Positions 9,960 to 20,473 of a stretch of 64,000 bases of DNA are shown here, piece by piece. This stretch comes from an uncultured bacterium (GTDB taxonomy: Bacteria; Verrucomicrobiota; Verrucomicrobiia; Limisphaerales; UBA8199). Every line of letters begins with the position of its first letter. Position 1 is the first letter of the stretch. The stretch is from assembly GCA_963749495.1 (NCBI GenBank), contig CAVVMW010000010.1, positions 320,001 to 384,000 on the forward strand. The letters are read 5' to 3'. The notes under the pieces are model-generated. The model was not told the DNA's origin, did not search any database, and saw only the letters and a list, made by a program, of their open reading frames with translations. Made by a program: the position numbers and the translations under genes.

Positions 9960-11141
9960 TCAGACCCCGCGAATCCACTTGCGGTCCTGCCAGACTGCCC
10001 TGAGCGAGGTCAGGTTGCGGCGGTCCAGGAGGTTCTTTGCGGCGGCCAGGAGTTTGCCGCGCCTCAGGTTGTGCCAGGCATCGCTGGCGCTGATGGCGAC
10101 GAACTGGAGGACACTGGGGTCGCGGTAGCAATCGATCATGCACCGGGTGCAGCCGTCGCGGATGAGCTTGGACTCATCGAAGTCGTAGATGTTGCACATC
10201 GGCTTGGCCCAGAAATGGCAGCGGTAGAGATCGAGCTTCCAGTCCAGGTAGAAGTACCTGTGGCCGCCCAGGCAGCCAAATCGCTCGGGCTGCCGCCGCA
10301 AATGGCGCTGCATCTCGTCGAGGGATTGGCGTGGATTGACGACCGGGAAACTGCTGCGCCGCTTCATCTGCTTGATCTTCTCGAAGACCTCGATCAGCTC
10401 GTCGGTCCGGTAATTGACCAGGTTCGAATCGCTGAAGCTCAGGTAGCTGGAGGCGAGGCTGCTCAGGGGGTAGCTGAAGGTGCAGCTTTTGAATCCGAGG
10501 GCGGCCAGGAACCCGGGCAGCTTGTCGTAATCGTCAATGAGCCGGCTGGCGGTGACGCTGGCGGTGGTTTGGACGCCGAGCCGGGCGAAGACCTCGTTGG
10601 CGCGGCGTATCTTGCCGCAGACCTCCGGCAGCCCGCGGTTCTGCTCGTGCTTGGCCGCGTCGTGGGCATCGATGGACATGATGACGCTGCTCAGGCCGTT
10701 GGCGGCCAACTGGGCCATGTTTTGGTCGGTCCAGAGCGAGCCGTTGGTGCAGACCATCGGGTGGATGCCCCGCTCGGCGGCGTAGCGGGTCATGGCGGCC
10801 AAATCCTTGTGTACCAGCGGCTCGCCGCCGACGAAGAGCAGGTAGCCGATGTGATTGCGCAGGCAGATATTGATGACGTCCCGCGCCTCCTGGAGGGTGA
10901 CGCTGCGGCGCAGCTTGGGGTCAAACCGATCCACCGCGAAGTTGCAAAAGTCGCACTTGGCGTTGCAGATGTTGGTGATGGCAAATTGGAGATAGCCGGG
11001 GCCGCCGTGGCTCAGCACCTCGCCCAGGAGCTTCCAGGGCCGTGTCTTGGGCCGGGAAACCAGGCGCGTGGACTGGCTCCCGGCGCCGACGGCGGCGTCC
11101 ACCGGGCGCCCGGCGGCTTGGGTAAGAGCAGCGGTGCTCAT
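9960..11141 (-). CDS. Radical SAM protein with C-terminal Cys-rich (SPASM/twitch-like) region
   Basis: CNAKCDFC (CxxxCxxC), GGEPL, TNG; C-terminal Cys cluster. Confidence 0.9.
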   Translation of the reverse strand: MSTAALTQAAGRPVDAAVGAGSQSTRLVSRPKTRPWKLLGEVLSHGGPGYLQFAITNICNAKCDFCNFAVDRFDPKLRRSVTLQEARDVINICLRNHIGYLLFVGGEPLVHKDLAAMTRYAAERGIHPMVCTNGSLWTDQNMAQLAANGLSSVIMSIDAHDAAKHEQNRGLPEVCGKIRRANEVFARLGVQTTASVTASRLIDDYDKLPGFLAALGFKSCTFSYPLSSLASSYLSFSDSNLVNYRTDELIEVFEKIKQMKRRSSFPVVNPRQSLDEMQRHLRRQPERFGCLGGHRYFYLDWKLDLYRCHFWAKPMCNIYDFDESKLIRDGCTRCMIDCYRDPSVLQFVAISASDAWHNLRRGKLLAAAKNLLDRRNLTSLRAVWQDRKWIRGV

Positions 11142-11231
11142 TGCTGATAGTCCGCCCATCCTGGCGCGAAAGCAAGCGGGGAGACGATACTTTTCGACGC
11201 GCTTCGACTGCACGTGCCGTGGGCCTCGGTC

Positions 11232-11430
11232 ACCGCGTAGCGGTGCGTGAAGGTAGCCGTGGACTTCAGTCCACGGACCGATGAGCCAGGCCCACCTGCG
11301 TCGCGTAGCGACGCTTGAAAACTTCCAGCGCGAGGCCGTCAGGCGTCGCTACGCGACGCGCGAACATTCTCACCCCCAAACCCGTGGACCGAGGTCCACG
11401 GCTACCTTCACTGCGTCGCTCCGCGACGCG
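11232..11430. repeat. REP-like composite palindrome family B (CGTAGCG / GTGGACT..AGTCCAC)
   Basis: Nested inverted repeats; copies at 13021-13218 and 58785-58997. Confidence 0.8.
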
Positions 11431-11463
11431 CCCCGTCATTCGTCATTCGTCATTCGTCATTCG

Positions 11464-12945
11464 TCATTGCCCCCGCTCCTCCCGCCATCTGACCAACTCC
11501 CGCCCCACCCTGGCCACCACCCCCGGCCAGTCGCCGGGTTTGTCCTGGCGGAAGAGGCGCATGGTTGGGTACCAGGGGGTGTCGGGCCGGTGAAGCATCC
11601 AGCGCCACTCGCCGGCAAAAGGGAGCAGGGTCCAGGTCGGTTTGCCCAAGGCCCCACCCAGGTGGGCAACGGCCGTATCGACCGAGACGACCAGATCGAG
11701 TTGGGCAATGGCCGAGGCGGTCTCATCGAAGCTGGTGAACCGGCTGCCGAGGTCGGTGAACGGGCTTGTCCAGGGGGCTTGGGCGAGGTCGGCGGCGCGG
11801 GGGCCGGCCTGGAGGCTGAACCATTGGAAACCGGGCAACCCGGCCAGGGGGCGGAAGTGCTCGAGAGGCATCGAGCGGTTGCGGTCGTTCCTGTGCTTGG
11901 GGTCTCCGGCCCAGGCGAGGCCGACCTTGAGGCAGCCGGCGACCGGGGTTCCGAGGGGAAAGACCTGGTCGGGCGGCGCCAGGTATGGGACCTTGTCCGG
12001 CAGCGTTGCGCGGGTGGTGCGGAAGATGGCCGGCAAGCTCAGGATCGGGGCGTGGACATCGAATGCGGGCAGCCGGGCCCGCCCGCTGCCGGCCTGGCCC
12101 ACACCGGGCGCCCGGGCCAGCAGCGAGACCATCGCCGGCGGACAGCCCACCAGCACCACGCCGCCGCGTTCCGCCACCAGCGGCGCATAGCGGATGAACT
12201 GAATGATGTCGCCATATCCTTGCTCCGAGTGCAGCAAAATCCGCCGTCCGCCCAAAGGGCTCCCATCCCAAAGCGGCTGCGCACACACGGCCTCGGGCGT
12301 GGTGAAGTCCTTGAGTTTCCAGCGCCATTCGTACTCGGCCCATCCGCGCTCCCACTGGCCTTTGGCCAGCAAGGCGGTGGCCAGTTGCCAATGCGCCTCG
12401 GCGTTGGCCGGCTCGAAACGCAGGGCCTTTTCGCAGCAGGCGATGACGGCATCCAGGTCGAGTTGGTCCTGGTAGAGGAGGCTTTGGTTGACCAGGGCGT
12501 CGGCGTGGCTGGGTCGCAAGGCCAGGGCCTGGGTGTAGGCGGCCATGGCCTGGGCCGGCCGTTCGAGGGTCTGGAGGACCAGGCCGAGGTTGTAATGGGC
12601 GTCGGCGTTGGCGGGGTCCAGGGCGATTTCCCGGCGGCAACATTGGGCGGCGGTCTCGAGGTCCCCGCGCTGTTTATGGATGGCGCCCAGCAGCAGGTGC
12701 AGTCTCGGATGGGAGGGGCGCAGTCGAATCGCCGCCTCCAGGCACTGGACCGCCTCCTCCAGGCGGTTGAGCGCCCTCAGGGCCAGGCCGAGGCGGCAAT
12801 GGCCCTCGAAACAGTCCGGCTGCCGTTGCAGGAGTTGGACGAAGAGCCTGGCCGCCTCCAGGCTGCGACCCTGCTCGGCACAGGCGCACCCGCGGCGAAG
12901 CAGCGCCTCGGGCGAATCGGAATTGGGTTGTGACGGGGAGTTCAA
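11464..12945 (-). CDS. TPR-repeat protein with glycosyltransferase family 9-like C-terminal domain
   Basis: Several TPRs; EQGYGDIIQFIRY, GLAWAG, DLVVSVDTAVAHLGGALG, WRW...PWYP. Confidence 0.88.
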   Translation of the reverse strand: MNSPSQPNSDSPEALLRRGCACAEQGRSLEAARLFVQLLQRQPDCFEGHCRLGLALRALNRLEEAVQCLEAAIRLRPSHPRLHLLLGAIHKQRGDLETAAQCCRREIALDPANADAHYNLGLVLQTLERPAQAMAAYTQALALRPSHADALVNQSLLYQDQLDLDAVIACCEKALRFEPANAEAHWQLATALLAKGQWERGWAEYEWRWKLKDFTTPEAVCAQPLWDGSPLGGRRILLHSEQGYGDIIQFIRYAPLVAERGGVVLVGCPPAMVSLLARAPGVGQAGSGRARLPAFDVHAPILSLPAIFRTTRATLPDKVPYLAPPDQVFPLGTPVAGCLKVGLAWAGDPKHRNDRNRSMPLEHFRPLAGLPGFQWFSLQAGPRAADLAQAPWTSPFTDLGSRFTSFDETASAIAQLDLVVSVDTAVAHLGGALGKPTWTLLPFAGEWRWMLHRPDTPWYPTMRLFRQDKPGDWPGVVARVGRELVRWREERGQ

Positions 12946-13020
12946 TCAAATCCGAAATCCGAAATCCGAAATCCGAAACAAATCCAAAATTCAAAAAGGA
13001 AATGTTCAAAACTCGTTCGA

Positions 13021-13218
13021 CACCGCGTAGCGGTGCCCGATGGTAGCCGTGGACTTTAGTCCACGGGTCCCGGCAGAAGATCACCGGCGTCGCGTAGCGG
13101 CGCTTGAAACACAGGCCCCCGGGCTCTCAACCGTCGCTACGCGACGCAGGATGCTTTCAACGCCCTGAACCGTGGACTGGAAGTCCACGGCTTACCTTCG
13201 GCGTGTCGCTACACGACA
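13021..13218. repeat. REP-like composite palindrome family B
   Basis: Similar to 11232-11430. Confidence 0.8.
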
Positions 13219-13280
13219 CCTGACCCCAATGCGCAGGTCGGCCCCACGCCTTCGGCCCCTCGCCCCTCGACCCTCGTGCC

Positions 13281-14747
13281 TCAGGCCTCCCAGCCCGCGC
13301 GGTTGTGGCGTTGGACGAACTGGGCGGCTTCGGGAATATTGGGCGAGCGCATCGCCGGGCCGTCCCACTCCATGCGCCGATTGACGCCGACGCGCAGGGC
13401 CACGCAGCCCAGCAGGATGACCTCGGCCAGGTAGGCGGCGATGTCGAAGTTCGAGTAGGCGGGCGTGCCTTCCTTCATCATGCGGAACCATTCCTGCATG
13501 TGGCCGGGGGAGCGGGGGATGGTCTGGGGCACGGTCTCGGTCTTGCAGGCCGCATGCTGATTGCCCTTCACGTAGCCCTCCTCCCCCTTGAGCCACACGA
13601 AGAATTGCTCGCCGTAGTCGTCCGGGGAGAAGATCTTGCCCTTTTCGCCGATGATGAGGGCGCCGCTGCGGGGCAGTGTTTCGTTGACCGAGGAGAGGAT
13701 TTCTTTGATGGCATCACCGCTCGGGCGGAGGAGCTTGACCGATTTGTCCTCTGGTTTGCCGTCGTACCACCAGAACTTGAGGGGCGGCATGTCCTCGCGC
13801 TCCGGGAATTCGAAGCGGATGCGAGAGGTCTTGGGGAAGGTCTCGGGGTACATCTGGGAGGCCTCTTCGAGCTCCACCACGTTGGGATAGCCCAGTTTGA
13901 GGGCGCGGAAGGGCATATTGACGGTGTGGCAGGCCATGTCGCCCAGGGCGCCGGTGCCGAAATCGAACCAGCCGCGCCAAGCGAAGGTGTGATAGACGTG
14001 ATCGTTTGTGCCTGGATACTTGTCCTTGAAAGGCCGCACGGGGGCGGGCCCGAGCCACACGTCCCAGTCCAGGTAAGCGGGGACAGGGTCTTCGCCTGCG
14101 GGCCGGTTCAGGCCCTGGGGCCAGATCGGGCGGTCGGACCAGACATGGCACTCGACGGGCTTGCCGATGACGCCGGCGTGGATGACCTCGACGGCGCGGC
14201 GCAAGCCAGAGGCGGCGCTGCCCTGGTTGCCCATTTGGGTGGCCAGGTTCTTCTCCTTGGCCAGGCCGCGCACCGTGCGCGCCTCGAAGACGGTCTGCAC
14301 CAGCGGTTTCTGGCAGAAACAGTGTTTGCCAAGCTTCATCGCGCGGATGGCGGCGACCCCGTGATTATGGTCCGGCGTCGAGACGGTCACCGCGTCGATG
14401 CTCTTGTCCATCTCATCGAGCATCTTGCGGTAGTCCTGGTACTGCTTGAGGTCGGGGAATTTCTGCTCGAACTGTCTGGCCTTCCGGGCCAGGGTCCGCT
14501 TGTCCACGTCGCAGATGGCGACGATGTTGCCGCCGCAGTGGTTGGCATCGCTGCTGTCGCTGTCGCCTTTGTTGCCGACGCCGATGCAGGCCACGTTGAT
14601 GCGCTCATTGGCGCCCAGGACGCGGCCGACGTAGGGAAAGGCGAGCGTGGCGGCGCCGGCCGCCAGGGTCGTGCGACCCAGGAATTGGCGGCGGGTGAAG
14701 GTGGAGGTGCTCGGTTTGACGCTCGAATTCGAAGTCGTTTTTCTCAT
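13281..14747 (-). CDS. Tat-exported Gfo/Idh/MocA oxidoreductase
   Basis: TRRQFL twin-arginine signal; STPDHNH, CQKPL, WRGWFDFGTGALGDMACH. Confidence 0.92.
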   Translation of the reverse strand: MRKTTSNSSVKPSTSTFTRRQFLGRTTLAAGAATLAFPYVGRVLGANERINVACIGVGNKGDSDSSDANHCGGNIVAICDVDKRTLARKARQFEQKFPDLKQYQDYRKMLDEMDKSIDAVTVSTPDHNHGVAAIRAMKLGKHCFCQKPLVQTVFEARTVRGLAKEKNLATQMGNQGSAASGLRRAVEVIHAGVIGKPVECHVWSDRPIWPQGLNRPAGEDPVPAYLDWDVWLGPAPVRPFKDKYPGTNDHVYHTFAWRGWFDFGTGALGDMACHTVNMPFRALKLGYPNVVELEEASQMYPETFPKTSRIRFEFPEREDMPPLKFWWYDGKPEDKSVKLLRPSGDAIKEILSSVNETLPRSGALIIGEKGKIFSPDDYGEQFFVWLKGEEGYVKGNQHAACKTETVPQTIPRSPGHMQEWFRMMKEGTPAYSNFDIAAYLAEVILLGCVALRVGVNRRMEWDGPAMRSPNIPEAAQFVQRHNRAGWEA

Positions 14748-14875
14748 GTTGACGTTTCAGTTGGGCAGATGATGTCATGGGCGCGGAAAGGATTCAAGAG
14801 CGTTTCCGCGTTGCCATGCTTTCATCCTCTGACTTGCGGCCCCCAGCCGGTATTCAACCTGTGTTGGCGGAGCTT

Positions 14876-14929
14876 CCCCTCACCCCGGCCCTCTCCCCTT
14901 CCGAAGGGGAGAGGGCCGGGGTGAGGGGT
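14876..14929. repeat. Palindromic repeat family C (CCCCTCACCCCGGCCCTCTCCCC...GGGGAGAGGGCCGGGGTGAGGGG)
   Basis: Hairpin; copies near 17151, 19107, 37800, 41466, 49563. Confidence 0.9.
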
Positions 14930-15025
14930 CTGCCCGGGGTGCCGCTCCCACTGAGGTCTTACGCGAGCGTTATTCATAATCGTTGCATTCCAGGCGCGAC
15001 TTGCTTACGCTCATCGCACACCGAT

Positions 15026-16219
15026 ATGAATCCTTTGATTTGTCCGACTCGCCTGGCCTTTAGACTGCTCTTACGAGGCGGGCTCGCGTTGGGCCTGGTG
15101 CTGGCTGCGGCGGAGGGACTGAAGGCGGAGGGCTACCGCACCACCCTGGGAACGTCCCCGGACGATTTCCCGGTCGTGGTGGTCTCCGGCACGCCTTACG
15201 AGATGGGCTTGGCCCTGGGCAGACTGATGGGCGAGGAGATGAGGGCCTTTGCGCCGGCGTTCCTGGCGGCGGCGAACCGGGCGGGCCCGGGGCTGAGCCA
15301 GAGCCGGTTGGACGAGGCCTGGCGGACGATGGAGCCGTTCATGAGCCAGCGGTTCAAGGACGAGTTGCGGGGCCTGGCCGAAGGGAGCGGGCTGGAGTTA
15401 AGACTTCTGCAGCGGGCACATATAATCCCGGCCATCAGCGAGTATTCGTGCAGCGGCGTCGCCCTGTGGGGCCAGGCAACGCGCAACGGCCACCTCTACC
15501 AAATCCGCAATCTGGATTACTCGACGGGCGCGCACCTGCAGGATTTTCGGTGCGTGGTCATCTACGTTCCCAACGAGGGCGTGCCGCACCTGAACCCCGC
15601 CTTCGCCGGCAGCATCGGTTGCCACACGGGCATGAACGCCCAGGGCATCACCCTCACCGAGATCGGCGATTCACCCGGCCAGGACAAACCCTACGACCTG
15701 CACGGGCTCCACTTCATGATGATGTTCCGCGACATCCTCTACTCGGCGCGGACCCTCGACCAGGCCGTGGCCATGATCCGCGACACCAAACGCATCAAGA
15801 AATACCACTTCGTGGTCGGCGATGGCAAACTGCCCGCCGCCGTCAAGATCAAGGCCTGGGCGCCGGACCTGCTCGTTTGGACCGACAACGATCCCAAGGA
15901 TGAAATGGCCCCGCAGGTGTTCAAGGACATCGTTTATCACGCCGAATCGCGCACCCCAACCGCCCTGGGCCATTTCGCCCAATACGCCCATGGCCGGTAC
16001 GACGCCGACGCGGTCATCCAGTTGTCCAAGGCCATCGGCTCGCTGGGCGGCAACCTGATGAACGCTGTGTACGATGCGACCAGCCTCGAGGCCTGGATCA
16101 GCTATGCCGAGAAAGACGAATGCGCCTACCGCCGCCCCTATGTCCACCTGAACCTCAACGATTTCATCCCTTACAACCCAGCCAACCCCAAGGTTAAAAT
16201 CGAGCGGGTGGCAAAGTGA
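15026..16219 (+). CDS. C45-family Ntn-hydrolase / autoproteolytic acyltransferase, secreted
   Basis: GTPYEMG.., 'CSG' nucleophile site followed by 'T.NG.L..IRNLDY', 'GMNAQGI'. Confidence 0.75.
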   Translation: MNPLICPTRLAFRLLLRGGLALGLVLAAAEGLKAEGYRTTLGTSPDDFPVVVVSGTPYEMGLALGRLMGEEMRAFAPAFLAAANRAGPGLSQSRLDEAWRTMEPFMSQRFKDELRGLAEGSGLELRLLQRAHIIPAISEYSCSGVALWGQATRNGHLYQIRNLDYSTGAHLQDFRCVVIYVPNEGVPHLNPAFAGSIGCHTGMNAQGITLTEIGDSPGQDKPYDLHGLHFMMMFRDILYSARTLDQAVAMIRDTKRIKKYHFVVGDGKLPAAVKIKAWAPDLLVWTDNDPKDEMAPQVFKDIVYHAESRTPTALGHFAQYAHGRYDADAVIQLSKAIGSLGGNLMNAVYDATSLEAWISYAEKDECAYRRPYVHLNLNDFIPYNPANPKVKIERVAK

Positions 16220-16301
16220 GAGGTTTAACGCCAGAAAAATGAAATGGGGGCAAAGAAATGAAGAAACGAACTCATCTTTTCCCCAGGGAACCAAAAAAGC
16301 T

Positions 16302-17090
16302 ATGAAACGAGCCTTCACGCTGATCGAACTGCTGGTGGTCATTGCCATCATTGCCATCCTGGCAGCCATGCTGCTGCCCGCGCTGGCCTCGGCCAAGGTC
16401 AAGGCCAACCAACTCCGCTGCATCAGCAATCTCAAGCAGTTGGTCACCGCCGCCATCATGTACCAGCAGGACACCGGCTCCTCGCTCGAATACAACCAAA
16501 CGGGCACGCTCTGGATGAAGACGCTGCTGAACTACTCCATCAAGGTCAAAGAGCACCGGCTTTGTCCTGTCGCCGCCTCCCGCATCCCGCCGCCCCCTGA
16601 CCCTACCGCGGGCACCGCCGCCGCCCCCTGGGACTGGACCGCCTCCACCGACACCAACATGATCGGCAGTTACTCGATCAACGGCTGGCTCTATTACTGG
16701 GACACCAAATCCGACGGCATCATCCAATGGATCGGCGCCAGCGAGAAGCCGAAGTTCTTCCAAAAGGACGTCGCCATTCGCCAGCCCGTGTTGACGCCCT
16801 TTTTCTTTGACGCTATCTGGCCGGACACGTGGCCGGAAATTTCCGACCTGCCGCCCTCCGATTTGTTCCTGGGCGACGTGAACAACGCCCTGGGCCGCTG
16901 CTGCATCCGGCGCCACCCCCTCCCGCGCGGTTCGGCCCGGTCCGTCTCGGGCCGCCCCCTGCCTGGCGCCATTTGCATGAGCTATGCCGACGGCCACTCG
17001 GCCAGGCTCCCCCTGCAACAGCTCAAGACCGTCTTCTGGCACCAGGACTATGTCCCGGTCGCCGACCCCTGGCGCACCACGCCGCCATGA
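16302..17090 (+). CDS. Prepilin-type N-terminal cleavage/methylation domain protein (PVC type)
   Basis: [33 protein letters not shown]-terminal RH...ADGH. Confidence 0.92.
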   Translation: MKRAFTLIELLVVIAIIAILAAMLLPALASAKVKANQLRCISNLKQLVTAAIMYQQDTGSSLEYNQTGTLWMKTLLNYSIKVKEHRLCPVAASRIPPPPDPTAGTAAAPWDWTASTDTNMIGSYSINGWLYYWDTKSDGIIQWIGASEKPKFFQKDVAIRQPVLTPFFFDAIWPDTWPEISDLPPSDLFLGDVNNALGRCCIRRHPLPRGSARSVSGRPLPGAICMSYADGHSARLPLQQLKTVFWHQDYVPVADPWRTTPP

Positions 17091-17150
17091 CCGATCGTGG
17101 GTTTCTCGATTGTAAGGCCACGGTGAAGGCGGCAGGCGCGCAGCGGCGGA

Positions 17151-17295
17151 CCCCTCACCCCGGCCCTCTCCCCTCGGAGGGGAGAGGGAGAAGCGTTGGC
17201 AGTCGCTTGAACTCCCACGTGTCTGTGGTTTGTCGAGTAGCGACGAACCGTTCTCCCTCTCCCCATCGGATGGGGAGAGGGCCGGGGTGAGGGGT
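17151..17295. repeat. Repeat family C, double hairpin
   Basis: Two inverted family C arms. Confidence 0.85.
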
Positions 17296-17459
17296 TCGCC
17301 CGAGAACCCCCCGTCCGCCTTCAGTGACCGGTTACTCTCGTCTGTGCCTTTCTCTTGACAGCGGGCGCGATCACGATAGAGTGGCTGCACGGCTTCCGCT
17401 TCAGCCACGCTGAAGTTATCCCGCGAGGCCTGCGAGGGGCCGGGAGGCCCCCTTCCTTT

Positions 17460-18752
17460 TCACGTCCTGGCCACTCCGCCGAGCCACTCGTTGAGCTGGC
17501 GCTCCTGGGGGGCCTTGGCGGGGGAGAGATGGAGGAGTTCCATCGCCTCGCCGATGAGATAGAGCGAGCCGGCGATGACGACGAAGCTCTCGGTGGCCGT
17601 GCCGGCCAAGGCGGCGGCGAGCGAGGGGACCTCGAACGCGGCGGCCTGGGGATTGGCTTTGTGGCAGGCCCGGGCCAACTCGGACGGCGAGGCCGTGCGG
17701 TGGCTTTGGACCGGCGTCAAAAGGATGCGCCGGGCCAGCGGGGCCAGGAGGCGGCACATGGCCGCCCAGTCCTTGTCTTGCAGGATGCCCAGCACCAGGG
17801 CGGGTTTGGCCGAGGGAAAGTATTGCTGGAGGGCCGATGCCAGCGTTTGGGCGCCGCCCACGTTGTGCGCGCCGTCCAGCAGCACCTTCTGTCCGGAGGG
17901 CCGGGTGGCCAGTTGCAGCCGGCCCGCCCAGTGGACGTGCTCCAGCCCGGCGCAAAGGGCCGGGGCGTCCACCGGGAGTTGCGGCGCCAGGACGCGCGCC
18001 GTGGCCGCGGCCACTGCGGCGTTCATGCGCTGGTGCCGCCCCAGCAACGGCAGGCGCAGCCCGTCCAGCGGCGGACGATTCATGTCGGCGGGTGTGACGA
18101 CCGTCAGCGGGGCCTGTTGTTCGCCCGCCTTGGCCGCGATCACCTCCAGCGCTTCCGGGGCCTCGGCCCCGGTGATGACCGGCACGCCGGGCTTGATAAT
18201 CCCCGCCTTCTCCGCCGCAATGCCAGCCAACGTTTCGCCCAGCCATTGCTGATGGTCGTATTGAATATTGGTGATGACACTGGCCAGCGGCGTGACGATG
18301 TTGGTCGCATCGAGCCTGCCGCCAAGCCCCGTCTCCCAGGCCACCAAATCACAATGCTGCGCCGCAAAATAGCGCAGGGCCATCACCGTCACCACCTCGA
18401 AGAAGGTCGGGTGCTCGCCCTCGGGAAACTGCTCGACCCACGGGCGCATTTCGTGCGTCAGGCGCGCCACGTCCTGCTTGCTGATGGGCCGTCGGTTGAC
18501 CTGGAGCCGCTCGCCGAAGGCCACCAGGTGCGGCGAGGTGAAAAGCCCCACCCGCAGTCCGCAGGCGCGATAGATGCCCTCGAGCATGGCGCAAGTCGAG
18601 CCCTTGCCGTTGGTGCCGGCCACGTGGATGAAGCGCAGCCGCTCCTGCGGGTTGCCCGCCAGCGCCGCCAGCTTGAACGTGGTCGCCAAACCCAGCTTCG
18701 CCCCGAACCACCGCAGGTCATACAGGTACTGAATCGCGTCCGAATAGGTCAT
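17460..18752 (-). CDS. folC: Folylpolyglutamate synthase / dihydrofolate synthase
   Basis: HVAGTNGKGST, FTSPHL, ETGLGGRLDATN, LDGAHN, GSLYLIG. Confidence 0.95.
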   Translation of the reverse strand: MTYSDAIQYLYDLRWFGAKLGLATTFKLAALAGNPQERLRFIHVAGTNGKGSTCAMLEGIYRACGLRVGLFTSPHLVAFGERLQVNRRPISKQDVARLTHEMRPWVEQFPEGEHPTFFEVVTVMALRYFAAQHCDLVAWETGLGGRLDATNIVTPLASVITNIQYDHQQWLGETLAGIAAEKAGIIKPGVPVITGAEAPEALEVIAAKAGEQQAPLTVVTPADMNRPPLDGLRLPLLGRHQRMNAAVAAATARVLAPQLPVDAPALCAGLEHVHWAGRLQLATRPSGQKVLLDGAHNVGGAQTLASALQQYFPSAKPALVLGILQDKDWAAMCRLLAPLARRILLTPVQSHRTASPSELARACHKANPQAAAFEVPSLAAALAGTATESFVVIAGSLYLIGEAMELLHLSPAKAPQERQLNEWLGGVART

Positions 18753-19244
18753 TGAACGGCCAAAGGCCGGGCCGCACTATATCCTGCGGAACCCGTTTTG
18801 CACGAGATCTTGTCCGAGAGGAAAATGCCAGGGACCAAAGGGACGAAAGGGACAAAAGGGACGTGATGGCGCTGCTCCAGGTAAGGCATCAGTGAAGGCG
18901 GGAGGCGACGGGAGACGCGAAGCGTTTTGGACTGCGGTCCCGATGCAGTATCGGGACTGCTTTTTGGACCCTGGGGACACGAAAGCGCCAGAGGACTGGC
19001 GCAGTCCAAAACCTTCGGGCTTCCCGCCGGGTCATGGAGAGAGAGTCCTCCGTAGCGGCTTGAGGAAGCGGAGACGCCTGGAAGCTCCCGAAACTTCCGA
19101 CGTTGCGCCCTCTCCCCTTCGGAAGGGGAGAGGGCTGGGGTGAGGGGTCTGCCCGGCACTCCGTCTCCCCCTTCACTGACGGATTACTGCTCCAGACACA
19201 TCCCCCCTTCCCAAGAGAAGGCCGGGTATGTTATCTTGCGCCCG

Positions 19245-19565
19245 GTGAAAACGATTGACCAGAGGCTGCTCGATGAAGTCACGCATCGCCTGGCGAGCGA
19301 GCTGCACCCGGAGGGCATCTGGCTTTTCGGCTCCCATGCCTGGGGGACACCGGATGAGGGGAGCGACCTGGACCTGTTCGTCGTCGTGCCGGAGAGCAAG
19401 GAATCGCCGGTCGAGCGCATCAGACGGGCGCACCGCTGCCTGCGCGGCCTCGGCCTGGCCAAAGACATCCTGGTGAAGACTCGCGAGGAATTCGACCGCT
19501 TGCGGGAGCTGCCTTCCACCCTCGACTATCTCGTCTTCCACAGCGGTCGGAAGCTTTATGGATGA
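19245..19565 (+). CDS. Minimal nucleotidyltransferase (MNT, antitoxin-type)
   Basis: LFGSHAWG....SDLDL motif; about 106 aa. Confidence 0.88.
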   Translation: MKTIDQRLLDEVTHRLASELHPEGIWLFGSHAWGTPDEGSDLDLFVVVPESKESPVERIRRAHRCLRGLGLAKDILVKTREEFDRLRELPSTLDYLVFHSGRKLYG

Positions 19566-19640
19566 GACCAGGCGCGAGTGGGTGCGCTCCTGGCTGATGA
19601 AGGCGCACAGCGATTTGCGCTCCGCCCGTGCGCTTCTGGC
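19558..19640 (+). pseudogene. Truncated HEPN partner of the MNT
   Basis: Overlapping start reads MDETRREWVRSWLMKAHSDLRSARAL (HEPN first helix W..KA..DL..A); similarity then ends. Confidence 0.65.
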
Positions 19641-20189
19641 AATGGCTCAAGCACACAGCACCAAGACGGGGACGCATCGGTTTGCCCTCCGAGTTCACAG
19701 AGACCGGCTGCCATCGTCAGTGCACTGAGGAGGAGGGTGAGGATGTCTGCGAGCAGGACTGAAACGCCAAAGAGCCTCGTGTCCCAAGCTGCACAATATT
19801 AGGTGCTTCACGAGCACGGCCAGATCTGCGTGAAGGCGGCGCAGATGAAATTGAAGAAAAGACACGGCGGCAGAAGGAATCTGGCAAAGCGCGACCAGCA
19901 GACCGCCTTGTGCAGCCTGGACATTGTGACCGGGGCTCAGAACCTCGCCACCTTGAGCCCGATGGACCGGTTCGACTGGGAACGGCGCCAGCACATCCGA
20001 GGCTCGTTCAAGCTGTCCAGGGAATGGCACGAGCAGAACTGGTTTGTCGAGCAGGTCAACCTGCTCAAGGCGGCGTTCTCCAATTACGGTCTGCGGCTGG
20101 TCCTGCGCTTCCACCAGTTGGGCTTCAAGGTCAAGTCAGGATCCAATGCAGGGTGCGATTAAAGGCGTCGGGAACGCGCCGCGGGAGTT

Positions 20190-20376
20190 TTGTCCCGGAG
20201 GGACATCTGGCAATAGCCACGCGTTTCAACGCCGTGGGGGCCGCGAAAGGGACCCTCGTCCCGAAGGGACGACTGAGAACATTCCTGGCTTTCAGCCATC
20301 CCTTCGGGACGGACCTGTTCCTTGGGTCCGCTCACCCGGCGTTGAAACGCCGGGCTATTGTCGGAAGCCCCTTCGG
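20190..20376. repeat. Palindromic intergenic repeat family D (GTCCC..AGGGAC / TTTCAACGCC..GGCGTTGAAA)
   Basis: Nested inverted repeats visible. Confidence 0.7.
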
Positions 20377-20473
20377 GGCAAGAAGGCGCCCTGGGCTGAG
20401 CAACGGTTCTAATCGCACCCGGCGCAGCCGCAAGGTTTGCCCCGCCTCGGTGCTTTCGCTATGGTCGCAACAA

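Noticed and set aside
14777..15025. N-terminal ORF extensions containing PLTPALSP, PLSQPLS or HSSFVIR peptides
   Set aside because: These are translations of intergenic repeats; downstream starts fit the protein families better.
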